64,000 bases of DNA, from NCBI RefSeq assembly GCF_035594765.1, contig NC_085846.1, positions 12,945,190-13,009,189 of the forward strand, given 5' to 3'. The notes under the pieces were generated by a model, which ran no database searches, was not told the DNA's origin, and worked only from the letters and a program-made list of their open reading frames with translations. Both the position numbers and the translations under genes were made by a program. The DNA comes from Anolis carolinensis (Eukaryota). Shown here in pieces: positions 1 through 12,147 of this stretch (positions are counted from its first letter, which is position 1; each line of letters begins with the position of its first letter).

Positions 1-750
1 TTCTGGCTGGAAAATGCGGATATTCAAATCTCTGTATGTCCCTACATTCAGAAAATACGGAATTTTTATGTTGGTTTGTTCCTGGGTTATACATGTTGGT
101 TCCTGATTGGTTATATCCTAAAAACATGGAAACAGTTGACTAGAGGGCGACAACTTTATCCTGCAAGATAAACGTCATCCTCCACATGTTTAATGAAGTT
201 TGTGACACACAAACAAAGTTTTTGCCATGTAATAACTTTCCCCATGTTTTATTTTAAAAACAATGAGTAACAGATATGTATAACCTAACAGCAGCACCCC
301 ATAGTTCCCAGGCACAAGTACATGACCAAACCTGTCTGTACAGATTGCCATGCAGCCTCTATAACCCAGGAACGGAACTTATACAATGATTCGCATATTC
401 GCATCTTAAGTTTCTTTTTCTTTTTTTAAAAAAATGCTGAAATTTCTGGCGGATGTCCCGTGGCGACCATCTTTGGGGCTGCAAAATCCCAGGACAAACC
501 AGCAAGTGTGGACAACGGAGGCAGAAATCCCAGGACCAACAGGTCTGAATGTGGACCTCTTCTCAGGTCCTGGGATTTTTTGCCCCTGACTAAAACCCAC
601 AATTTGGTGATGTCTGGAAACACCACTGGTTACACCAGTTTTTCAATTACTGCAATGCTAGCAATTTGGGAGCAGAAGGTAAATCTCTTGTGGGTAGCAG
701 AATTCCTATTTTGTAGGAGCAACATCCTAATTTTGTCCTCTTCCTTGTAG

Positions 751-768
751 CTATACCTTTATTGACAG
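751..768 (+). other. Candidate 18-nt microexon with in-frame stop (poison exon) in a TBC1D10B intron
   Basis: cctaat branch-like site, pyrimidine tract ttttgtcctcttccttgTAG, then ctatacctttattgacag, then GTAAGA donor. In phase 0 it reads L-Y-L-Y-stop. Confidence 0.45.
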
Positions 769-1108
769 GTAAGATTTCTTGCTTTGATATTGGGAAAACA
801 TTTCTGGCTTTCAGCTTTTTATGCAGCTGTTCAAAATCACAGAACACAAAATCAATTAATCACAAAGCCATTACCTAAAACATAAGGCAAGCTTCCCAGC
901 TCAAGGAAGCTGCAAAGTGTAGTTATTGGGGCCACTTCAGATGTATAATTTCTGTTTCTGGCCACCTCATTTCTTATGCCACTCACAGAGACTACAAACA
1001 GTATCTAGCAGTGGGCTCTGTTCTCACTGGAGAGAGAAAGAGATTGATTGCCAATCCTATTGCCCCATGTTCACCCCCAATCCCCCTTGTTTTGTTCATC
1101 ATGTGCAG

Positions 1109-3999
1109 GAAGCAATCCAGCTGGATGGGGAGATCTTCTTTGCCCTGCTCCGACGAGCATCCCCTATTGCCTACCGACACCTGAAAAGATACAAAATCGA
1201 TCCCATTTTGTATATGACAGAGTGGTTCATGTGCATCTTCTCCCGGACTTTACCCTGGTGCTCCGTGTTGCGTGTGTGGGACATGTTCTTCTGTGAAGGT
1301 GAGACTCATTCTTTCGTTATTCACTTAGCTGCTTGCCATCTTTACATTGAGCCACTTGGAATCAGTGGCATTCCACTGGATATTTTTTTGGTTTAATTTC
1401 TGTGCTCACACAACCTTCCCATGTTAATTACCCATTTCTCAGTCCTTCTCTTTGTGGTCATTTATGGCACTTGGCCTCTTCCCACTTATTCACCAATTCA
1501 TCCTTGTCTCTTCTCTCTAGGGGTGAAAATAATCTTCCGGGTTGGCCTAGTGTTGCTCCGGAATACACTGGGCTCAGTGGATAAGCTCCGCTCATGTCAG
1601 GGCATGTATGAGACGATGGAGAAGCTACGGAATCTGCCTGTCCAGACCATGCAAGAGGACTTCCTGGTTCATGAGGTAGGAACTTGTTTTGTCTCTCTTT
1701 AAAATATTGAGATTGACACAGCATAAGGCACATTGTGTGGGTTTCTCATTAGACAAAAATAACAATTTTAATCTAATATAAAATAATACAAATAAAATTA
1801 AAGCAGAGAACAAGGAATATGAATCTGACAATGAAATCTGCATTGGAGGTAAGTTATTCTGCACAAATAACTTACAAACAGTTATTCTGTCATACAAAAA
1901 AGTGGGGTAGGACAATACTAAAGATGGATTGAAAGTGATAAGAAATACCGAATTGAAATAAAAGACTTTTTCTTCTTGCAACAATTCAGATTTCCATCTT
2001 AGCCAAAACTATTCATGGTAGATAATCCAATATCTTCCATCAGATGTTGCTGACATGTTCTTGAGTTCTTAGTGGCAGCCACAAGTAGAAATCTGCGAGT
2101 GTATGTGTGCCTTTAAGGGAAAGCTTTGAATTTTTCAACTTTTTTACCTTGTTGCTATTAGTAAATATACTAGTATGAAAGATATATCACATTGGCCAGA
2201 TTTGTGTTCTGCATTCTTCATCCATATTTGTTCAGAAGCGCATGAAATCATAATCATTTTGTTTTAAATTGAAATACTCAACATTCTGAAGTCAAGTAAT
2301 TGAGTGAAGGGGATTTAATGGCTTACTGAATAACACTCATAAACACACAAATGATTACACTATGTAACAAAATTTAAAAAATTTAGTTGAATTAAAAACT
2401 ATAGTAAAATGTGCTGCAGGATGCCCACAAAAGTTTTTTGTAGTTTAATGAACTTTTTCCATGTTTTTATAATTGAACCAATTAGGAAATGATATTTATA
2501 ACCCAGGTACAAAAACTGTGTTACATAATGCTATGTTTAGTTTATTGATAGAAATGGCGGGGTTTTGTTTTTTTTGAAAACTCTCTTAGAGCAGGAGGGA
2601 ATGGCTGTGGCCCTTTAAACGTTTTTGGCCCACAGCATCCATCAAACATGGCCAACACCAATGAATGGTGAGAGATGCAGTCTTTCAACATCTGGAGGGC
2701 TACTGCTGTTTACTCCTATTCTAAGATCAGGCTTGATGGGCCTTTCTTGGTAATGGATGCCAAGGAGATTGGGGTAAAAGCCCATGTTATTCCTCAGTTT
2801 TTGTGTATAGCAAGGGATGTTTCAAGAATAGCAGCACACAGCACATTGGATGAAATGCTGTGGCTTTTTCATCTTTGCTTTTAATTTAATTTTTAAAGAA
2901 AACCAAAGCAGACTTAGGTGGGCTTCAGATTGTAATGGAGAATGTACACGTATGGGTGGGTTGCTGCTTGAATCTGTGCCTGTTCTTGATTTTCTGTTTT
3001 AAATTTATGTCTCTCTCACACACAATGGAGGTCGGGCTGCTTTTTTTCGCTTCAGAAGGTGTGTCCTGAGTTGGTATTGCCCTTGTTGATTAAGAGAACA
3101 ACACCCAAAACAAAACCAAAAAACCCACAAAAGGTTAGAGAATGAGGAACCCTGTGCAGCATGTAGTTTCAGGCTCAGTTTGTATGAGGAAGGGCTCCCG
3201 GTACATGCAAGAAGTGGTGGTGTGGATGTTTGGCTAGGGATGCCGTGTGACTGTCCTTCTCAACTCTCCTCTTGTTCCCCATTGTGGCCAGGTGATTAAT
3301 CTCCCAGTGACTGAAGCCTTGATAGAGCGAGAGAATGCCACCCAGTTGAAGAAATGGCGGGAGAACCGGGGTGAGCTCCAGTACAAGCCTTCCCGCCGTC
3401 TCCACGGCTCCCGAGCGATCCATGAGGAGAGGCACCGCATGAACCCTCCCTTGTCCGCCAGCGCCAGCCTCTTAAGCCTCACTGGCCTGAAGCAAAGGGT
3501 TTCTCTCAGTGGCACGAGCGGGCCCTCTTTCTCTCCAGCGCACTCTGTGGGCGGCTTGGCAGTGTCTGCGGCCCCAACCCCAGCGCCTCCTGCGGCCCAG
3601 AGCCAGGTGGTGGTATCGGAAGGCCTCCATCCTGCCTTGCCCTCCCCGACGGGGAACAACACGCCCTTGGGAGGCCCCAAGAAGGTAGGGAGTGGCAGCA
3701 GCAGCAAGGAGGGGAAGCGGAAAGAGAAGGAACGTGAGAAGCAGGAGAAGTTGGAAAAGGAGCGGCAAAAGCAAGAGAGGGAGCGCGAGAGGAAACTGCA
3801 AAAGGAACGGGAGAAGCAGGAGAAGGAGAAGGAAAAGAAGCAGCAGAAAGAACGAGCCAAAGAGGAAGCCAAGCTGAAGAAAGAGAGGAAGTTGTCCCTG
3901 AAGAAAAAAGAACCCAAGTCTGCCTCCCTGCCGCCCCCAGAAGAGGGAAAAGATGGGGAGAACCCCGGATCATCAGTGCTGCAAGACACATACTTTTGA
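1109..3999 (+). CDS. TBC1D10B: TBC1 domain family member 10B (Rab-GAP, EPI64B), 3' part; exons 1109-1298, 1521-1675, 3292-3999; upstream exons outside window
   Basis: Spliced translation [38 protein letters not shown]|[21 protein letters not shown]|[37 protein letters not shown], then an E/K/R/Q coiled coil and terminal QDTYF*, matches recalled TBC1D10B. Junctions are GT-AG with phases 0/1/0. The C-terminus is a PDZ-binding DxYF motif. Confidence 0.95.
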
Positions 4000-6900
4000 A
4001 TAGGGCTGGGGGAGAGGGGACGTTGTTCCCAGTGACTGCCTCCTGTCACCTAAGGACCAAGATGGCAGCTGCTCCCAGAGACATACGGTGGTAGGAGGGC
4101 CCAAAGGGCAGGCAGTGGTGTGCCAAGAGCTGCTTTGCACTGAAGCACCCATCTTAGGGCTACAATAGGTAGGAGGATAATTTACCTAGTGCACATATTT
4201 CCACCTACCTTTGTGTGCCTGAGGTGGATATGGCCCTCCCTCCCCTCCCCCCTTTAAGGAACCGGGCCAAAACAAAATGGCTGCTGTTCTCTGGCTGTCC
4301 CAGTGCAGAATTTGCCAAACCTGACAGGTGCAGCAGCACAGCCCTTCCACTTCCCGAAAGCTTGGAGTCTTAACCAAGGAGCTAATTGTAATATTAATAA
4401 TAACTCCCAACATGGGTCCTCTCAAGTACTGTATATAGAATAATCTCTCCTGACAAATATTTAACTACTCCAGGCTAGATACACCAGCTCTTCCCAGGAG
4501 ATTAGTTTTCAGAGCAAAGGATGGTCTTTCCTCCCCTCTGCTCTGACAAGTTAACAAATTATTCAGTTGTGGGTTGGATTCACCTATGTAATGCCACTGT
4601 GTTTTAATCCCCAGCACCATCCCAAAAGGCATATAAAATAAATCCCAATGAAGCCGCTTTCTATACAAAGACGCAGGAGGCTTCTCCCAGCATTGAGGGA
4701 ACGGTGCACCTTATGCAGCTTTCAGGGGCAAGGAGTGTGTCCATATGGGGATTGGGAGACAGCGGCTGGCTCTAATACCCACAGACTCAGCCATACAGTT
4801 GTTACTATGCAAATGTTTCTTAGAAGTGGTCAGGGAAAAGAAATTCCACTCTACTGGTGCCTAGAAGCATCTCAAGATTCGTGAGAAATAAGACTGGAGC
4901 AGTGGGTTTGGAGCCTCCCTCCCGTTGCTGGCAAACCATTGAGAGAGGCTTCTGTTCTTATTAAGAAAATTGATCTCTTCCCCTGCCCTACAGTATTGTC
5001 ATTTGGCAGAAACATTCCTGAGTGCAAAGGCAGGAGGTCATCTTTATTCTGTTGCTTGCAGAAAAGAGACAGCCATATTTCTTGGGAGCATCTATCACCA
5101 TGATGAAGGCAGTGATAAAACTGTTTCTGCCAAAGCTCCCTGTATAATAAGAACCAATTTAGAAATGTTTGCCCGTTGTTGTTAGTATGCATCTAGTCCT
5201 TCTTCTGTCCTTGCCCATCCCTTATGGGATATCAAGGGTACATCTCCATTACAAATTTAAACCAGTTGAGAAATCATTTTTAAAAAAATCTTCATGTGCT
5301 CAATCTGAGAATTCCTGGGATCTGTTTTGGGGAAGATGCTGAGAATGGCTCCTGAATTTTTGAGTCCCAGGCTTTCTTTACAGAATTTTCAGAGCTTCTT
5401 GAGCCATGACTGCCGAAACTGGTTGAGCAGTGGTTTCAGTTTGTTAATGTAGAATTACATTCCTAAATGGTGCATGCTTTATCCCCTTGCCCCTCATTGA
5501 AAAACAAACTGGTCCTTTTAAAATAACTGGAATGTATCTTCGCTTCTTTTTCTCCGTGGTACGCTGTGCGGCCACAAAAGGAGTCCCCTTTGCCTTTTTA
5601 TATTATCACACACTGGTATCAGCTTGTTCAGCCTTTGTGGGAGGACAGAATGGCTTCTTTCCTACATGGTTTAGGAGCATAATGGTACCAGCAGATTAAC
5701 TGGGGCTGTGGATCAAAAGTAGGAATCCTGTGCATGAAAAATATCTTAGGAAGCTGGCAACTGGGAGACTGAACTGTTTTGAGATCAAGTTAGGCTAGGG
5801 CTACAAATCTAGACTAACGTATGTTTGTAACTCTTTGTCTTTGCCCTTCAGCTTTCACCTTCTGCAGGCTCAGTTTCTCCACCTTGGGTCACATTTCCTG
5901 CTATTGTGAATGAAGCAGTTTCAGAATTTGGCTTCCCACAGCACACCTGTCCCAAATGGTGGCTTTTTCTAAAGTCCTCAGTCCCATCCATGATCCAGCA
6001 AAAAAGATCAAGTAGCCCATCCTCATCTCTGTACATAACTGTTCTCTATAACACATATATTATATATATGTTTCAGTATTGTAATTATGTATACAGATAC
6101 TTGGGATTTTTTTTTTGATCTTGTGCTTTTATTTAATGGGACAGACACTGGAAATTAGGAATTCATTTTCTCCCCTTGCCTTTTATTATTATTTTTTAGG
6201 TTTTTTTTTTTTACCACCACTCCTAATCAGGAAGAGCAGAAAATTAGAAGTTTACAGCCGATATATTCTTGCTGTCCTACTTGTTAATATTTTCTTTGTC
6301 GTTTGTGCCTCATTCTCATTGGATTCCCTGTTTCCTGAATTGCTTTGTTTAAAAATGTTAACAAAACAAAATGAAAGCAACTGTCTTTGTTCCTCGAGGA
6401 TGGGTTGGACTCTCATATTGGATTGGGGTGTCCAGATCAACAAAAAAAGAATTGGAGGAGGCTTGTCAACAGTGAGTGTGGTTTGGAGAAGGAACACTTT
6501 ATCCACAGGTTAGGATAAGCCTTTGAACAAACCTTTCCCCAGCCTGATGTCTTCCAGATGCATTGGACTCCCAAGTCTTATCAGCCCTAGCCAATAGGCC
6601 TAGCACATTTGGAGAAGGACACCAGGATTGGAATGCCTGCTAAAATATTGGCTTTGAGTCGGTTGTTGAGAGAAGGCTGTTTGTTGAATAGTTCTAGCCA
6701 TTTGATCTGGCATATTACTTCATTCTTACATTTATTTTGTCACAGATGCCGATCTGCAAGTTTATGGTGTTAGTTTATCCTGCAAGTTAGGTCAGCACAA
6801 GAGAGACCTTGGCTGATGAGACCAATCCCAAAAAATGGACCTGAACTTTGCTCTCAGACACACACCCCAACCACACATCCATGGTTGTAACACTTGATCA

Positions 6901-7978
6901 CCATGCACATTCCCTGGTTCCTGTTGATTTTTGTTTAAGTTTAATTGGCTTGCATTAGTGTTCTGTTGAGTGACCACAGGTACTGCTAAAAGTAACGTAA
7001 CACAGCAAGCCTTAATCTGCCAGTTTGGAAACTGCAGCTCTTTAGATGCAAGACTACAAATCACATCAACTTTGTCGATAGTGAGGCGTAATGGGAGCTG
7101 TGGTCTAAGAACACCTAGAGAGCTGTAATTCAGTACTGCCTTCCAGGTATTCAGTTTTGTTATTGGATGCCCACAACTTGCTCTTGGCTACTGACATTGA
7201 GAGATGGAAATACATGTACACAAGTGAGAAACAGGCCTTTTAAAACTGGGTTGCCTATATTTAAGCTGTAAGGAGAGCTTTGGTGAGGGCGATAGCCTGC
7301 TTCTCCATTGCTGCTATTCTCACAATTCCCTCGGTTTGTGTTTCTGGATATTCACCAGGTACACTTACAACCTTATGAGACGCAGTCTTCTCTGCATCTA
7401 CTCCCCGCTTCTCTGTGTTGTTGGAACGGGAGTCCAACAGAACCCATGACATGACACAGTCCAACTTCTGGCAGGTCTCCGTAGGGCTTCGTTTCAGCAG
7501 CATGGAGAAACAGAGCCCAGAGTGGTTTTGGAGGAGTTGGGTAACAATCAGCTCTTCACTGAAGAAAAAGAGAACGAAGCAGGAAAGGATGGGAAACAAT
7601 GCGGGATTGGAGGCCATCCCAGAAGACCGGGAAAGATGATAGGGAACAAAGGATGATGGTTCCCCCTGCACTCTCCCTCTTTCCCCCTGCCCGTCTGATG
7701 AGGTCATTAGTGATTCCTAACTGGGTTCCCACTATGTAGTAGGTAGTGTAGTTCCCTGTAATATCAGCTCACTTGGCCGATGCAGTATGGAAGCAGAGGT
7801 TGTGATTGACCAGAGTGGGATGACTGCATAACAGGATTTGGGGACCTGCCACAGCAAGCAACCTCCCCCCCCCCCCCCCCAAAAAAAAAATATTTCGCAG
7901 GAAGAAACTGATCTTTTTCAACTAAATATGACTGGTGCAGAAACACACATACATTTCAAGCTTTCTTCAAAATACAAA

Positions 7979-7984
7979 TTTATT
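7979..7984 (-). terminator. Polyadenylation signal of the PHETA-like gene
   Basis: TTTATT on + (AATAAA on -), about 115 nt past the stop codon. Confidence 0.6.
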
Positions 7985-8097
7985 CATTATTTTGTATCAA
8001 TGTACATAGCCTAGCTCTCTGTGTGCCCCTCTTTCCACAAACTTCATATATATTTGAGTTTTGCCCAAAACTTAAACGTTTGGAATTGTTTATTCCT

Positions 8098-8739
8098 CTA
8101 CCCGAAATCTATCAAGCTCTCTCCCTCCAGGGCTTCTGGAACCCATTCCAGTTGCTGCTGACTTCTCCTTTCTTCTTGCCAGATGTGTCTCACTTTCACA
8201 ATATCCTTCCCAAATTCCAGATGGAGTTGAGTAAAATCCATGTTGTGGGATGCCATTTCCAGCTTCGGTACTGAAGGAGGTAGATGAAGGTCCATTACAC
8301 GTTTTGGGTTTCCCTCTAATTTGGGCTGTTCCTGACTCTTCAGCCTGCGATACTGACTCTCTAGGTCATCAACCAAGGCTCGGAGGTACCCAAACCCTGC
8401 TGCACTAATAGCTCTCACCCAACCTTCCATTGTCTCTTGGTTTCCTGCTGCCATCTTATAGGAGCGGCTACCAGGTAATCCATTTGGATAGGAAATTTCA
8501 AAGGTATATGGTTCAGATGCGGATTCCTGGAGTTCCACAGTGCAGCCTTCTAGGACAATAAGCTGAGGAGGGCCACGGTCTCCATGTCGCTCCCGGCAGA
8601 AGAGAAGGTTGCCCCAGAGTTCACACCAACACTGGTGGTAGGAGGCACTGCGAATGCTCTTCTTATACAGAAGACCCTGGCATTCTGGGACATGTCCGAA
8701 GGGGAAAGAATGAATCGTGGCAGACATACGGAGCTTCAT
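8098..8739 (-). CDS. Sesquipedalian/PHETA (FAM109/IPIP27)-family PH-domain endocytic adaptor, 213 aa, single coding exon; probable distinct paralog
   Basis: MKL start; PH domain GLLYKK..YHQCWCELWGNLLF..IVLEGCTVEL..MEGWVRAISAAGFGYLR (cf. PHETA1 GFLYKK..GNMLFY..IILEGCTVEL..MEGWVKALSRASFDYLR); short coiled coil; F&H motif FTQLHLEFGKDI. Splice acceptor 12 nt before the ATG (exon starts 8751). AATAAA on the minus strand at 7979-7984. Confidence 0.9.
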   Translation of the reverse strand: MKLRMSATIHSFPFGHVPECQGLLYKKSIRSASYHQCWCELWGNLLFCRERHGDRGPPQLIVLEGCTVELQESASEPYTFEISYPNGLPGSRSYKMAAGNQETMEGWVRAISAAGFGYLRALVDDLESQYRRLKSQEQPKLEGNPKRVMDLHLPPSVPKLEMASHNMDFTQLHLEFGKDIVKVRHIWQEERRSQQQLEWVPEALEGESLIDFG

Positions 8740-9797
8740 GTTGGATGGATCCTAAAATAAGGAAATAGACAATGGGTGATAAAACAAGCCAAACAACCAT
8801 GTACTAGGTCTCTGGTGTTCATGGTTCATCTCCAGATGACAAGGTACAAATTTTCCCATTTATTTGGAGGTAAGGTCAATTCTAGGTAAGAAAAGTTGAC
8901 CTCCATATCAACAACTAGGAGCAACTTGCTACAACCTAAAGGCCTTTTGATTTGTTGCTACAATTTGCAACAAGTTTCAAGTTTCTCTTGAAAGATGTAT
9001 GGATTTACTTCATTTTCTCCTTCTCTTCCAATTGTGGCACAAGGGCTCATCCACATACTAGCTGAAAGCATATATGCCAAAATAAAAGGAGCTTACCATC
9101 CTTAGCAAATGTGGGGAATAGTCCCCTCATTCCGTTTTGATTTACAAACAGCCTCTCTAGATAGAATTTCTCAATTTCCAAACAGCAAAATATATGAGTT
9201 TGAATGACAAGCTGCAAGCAATAATGGGTTGGTAGTTAATATATATTGCTTATTGACCCCAATACAGTGAGGATTCATAGAAACCGTCCGCAGATCAGGT
9301 TTTGGTCTGGAAACCTCAGCCTGGGATGATCCAGCCCTACTATGGATTAGAATAGAAAAAAAAACCGATGGAGGGATCAAAGGAGGAAATACAAATCAGT
9401 ACAGAAAATGAGAAGTGAAAGAATACATCATGGCGATGGGATGGAAGAAAAATAGGGCAGAGGTAAGAGATGAAAATAACAGAAATGAGTGAAGCAAGAG
9501 CAAAACTGAAATATATGAGGGTGGGAGAAAGCAGGAGATGAGGAACAATGTTAGATATGGCTCATCCATTTGGAAGTGGGATTTTAAAAACATCAAGCAA
9601 AAATACTTGAGTAAAATAGAAGAACCAAATGGAAATAAAGTTATGGATTGAGCAAACTAATAGTGACATGCAGGCATAAATAGATATGAGTCTTAAATAT
9701 AAACTTTTAAAGAAGTTGCAGACATAAAAGAAGGGTGATGTTTAGGAAGGAGAGTGTTTGAAATCGGGAGATGAATGAGAAGACAAATATGTGGGTG

Positions 9798-10041
9798 CTT
9801 TTTATTGTGTCAAAAGTGACTTGAGAACATACTGCCAGTCACTTCTGGTGTGAGAAAATTAGTTGTCTACAGAAACATTGCCCAAAGGATGCTGGAATGT
9901 ATTAGCTGGGAGGATTTTCTTATGTCCCCGCAAGCTAGAGCTGACAGACAGGGGTTCACCCCGTCTCGCAGATTCAAACCGGCAACCTTCAGGTCAGCAG
10001 TTCAGCCAGCACAAGGGTTTAACCCATTGTGCCACCATTGT
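9798..10041 (-). mobile_element. tRNA-derived SINE (AnolisSINE2-like), reverse copy
   Basis: Reverse complement resembles the SINE at 23207-23472, with an A/B-box head and a ..ttctcaagtc..gacac(A)n tail. Confidence 0.65.
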
Positions 10042-10103
10042 GTGGATGATGGGTGAAAAGAGTTTTCGGGAATGAAAACATGGAAATTTGATCTTAAAAT
10101 GTA

Positions 10104-10437
10104 CAGTAGAGTCTCACTTATCCAAGCTTCACTTATCCAAGGTTCTGTATTATCCAAGGCAGTCTGCCTTTTAGTAGTCATTGTTTTTGTAGTAAATGTT
10201 AAAATGTTTTGGTGCTAAATTCGTAAATATAGTAATTACTACATAATATTACTGTGTATTGAACTGCTTTTTCTGTCAATTTCTTGTAAAACATGATGTT
10301 TGGGTGCTTAATTTGTGAAATCATAATGTAATTTTATGTTTAGTAGGCTTTTTTCTTAATCTCTCCTTATTATCCAAGATTTTCGCTTATCCAATGTTCT
10401 GCCGGCCTGTTTATCTTGGATAAGTGAGGCTCTACTG
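10104..10437. mobile_element. Tc1/mariner(pogo)-type MITE
   Basis: TIRs CAGTAGAGTCTCACTTATCCAA / TTGGATAAGTGAGGCTCTACTG with TA target duplications; further copies at 28897, 35590 and 47840. Confidence 0.85.
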
Positions 10438-11987
10438 TAGTTAAATTGAGAGAATGAGACATAGAAAAGAAGTTCCCTTTTGAAACTATTTGAAGTAAGT
10501 TAATGAGAGCAGGGCCTCTGCCCATTTTTGAGCCAGTTTTTGAGGATTTTTGAGACACTGAATGCCCCTTACCTTTGGAAGTCAGCTCTTCCCTTAAGAC
10601 TTTCCTCCAGGTCACTCCACTTCCTTCATTGCTCCACAAGAATAGTTTCCAAGGTGAAGAGGAGGGGCTTGCATTTACCTGCCTTTCCCCATCCAGGTAG
10701 TATTAGAAGTCACTTGATCCCGTGTTCCAGGAAGGCTGGAGGGTAAAGCAATCACGCACTTTGATGACAGCGTCTTGACTGTTTCTCTCACCCTCTCCAA
10801 AAGCAGGAAGAACAGGCAGCTCTACAGAAAAGGAAGTAAAAAACCCTAAATGAGTAGTGGATTTTTTAAAAAATGAAGTGAAAGTTTTCTCTGGTCCTAA
10901 AAAGCCCTATTTCAAGAAACAGATGAAGCAGTTGTAAGAACAAATTGTTGTGGGAAACGTAGGGCAAAAGAAGCTTGAGTTGCTGCTGGACCCTATAAAA
11001 TCGTTACAATTTGTCTGAACCCGTCTCATGTATCATATATTTAGACTGTTGTCAGTTAATAACAGCTTGGTGATTTTCAGGGGTTGGGACAATTTGATGG
11101 TGGTATTGTGTAGTTTTAGGAGGGAGAGATGTCCTGTTCTATTGCTTTTCTGAGGCTTCTGCGGGTAGATTCTTACAAACTTTAAAAGAAAGAAGAAAAC
11201 ATAAAATACATTGTTCCTGTCTATGGAGTTTCCATTGAACCTTTATAATTAAACACTGCTGCTTCTAAGGTCTAGATATATTTTCTGTATGTGCCACTGC
11301 TTTTAATGCCGCTCCCAAAGCATCTGCGGCCACATCTTGTGGCAGTAAACTCTTTAGCTGTGGCTGCATCTTATGGCAATAACATTTAAAAACCAAACAG
11401 ATGCCATAAACACATGCCATAAAATAAGCGTGGGGCCTTGGGTCAACAAGGTTTTAAGCATGAAGATATAAGTCCTCCTTGATGGCTAAATTTGAAGCAA
11501 TGCTGTTCAGGTTTAGTGTCTGGGAAACTGAAATGCTCCAAAGCCTCAAACTGTCCACCTGGGGGCTGGGATGGCACACCTTTGTTTGCAGATTTTTCAG
11601 TGTACAAAAGCTTTATTGCATCATACAACTATTCAAAATTCTGTGTATAAAGTTACCTTCAGGCTATGTGTTTCAGGGATATGCCTCCCTAGACAACTTT
11701 CAGTCATGAGTTTTGATTTACATTCTGTTGCTAGTATCTGCCAGTTCTGTATCTGTGTTTGGTGCAAGTTTTAAAAAATATTTTGTGCTTTTATCTGTCT
11801 TTTATTTTATATATTTTGTGCTCATATGTTTTTGACTGTTGTACCCCGCCTTGAGAGTTGGGTAATAAATAAAATTTATTAGTATATTATTAATATATAA
11901 GAAACATACATTAATGTTGTGTATAGCTATGTCTAAATATTGAAGTAATGTCACATTGAAGATGGAGGCAGTGTGTTTACTGCTGCT

Positions 11988-12018
<31 letters not shown>

Positions 12019-12147
12019 CAGCATTTATATTCCGCCCTTCTCACCCCGAAGGGGACTCAGGGCGGATCACATTACACATATAGGCAAACATTCAATGCCT
12101 TTTTAACATAGAACAAAGACAAGACAAACATAGGCTTTAGAGACTTA

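Noticed and set aside
3234-4049. 271-aa, 161-aa and 109-aa minus-strand ORFs
   Set aside because: They are antisense shadows of the purine-rich coiled-coil exon of TBC1D10B, with low-complexity F/S/L translations.
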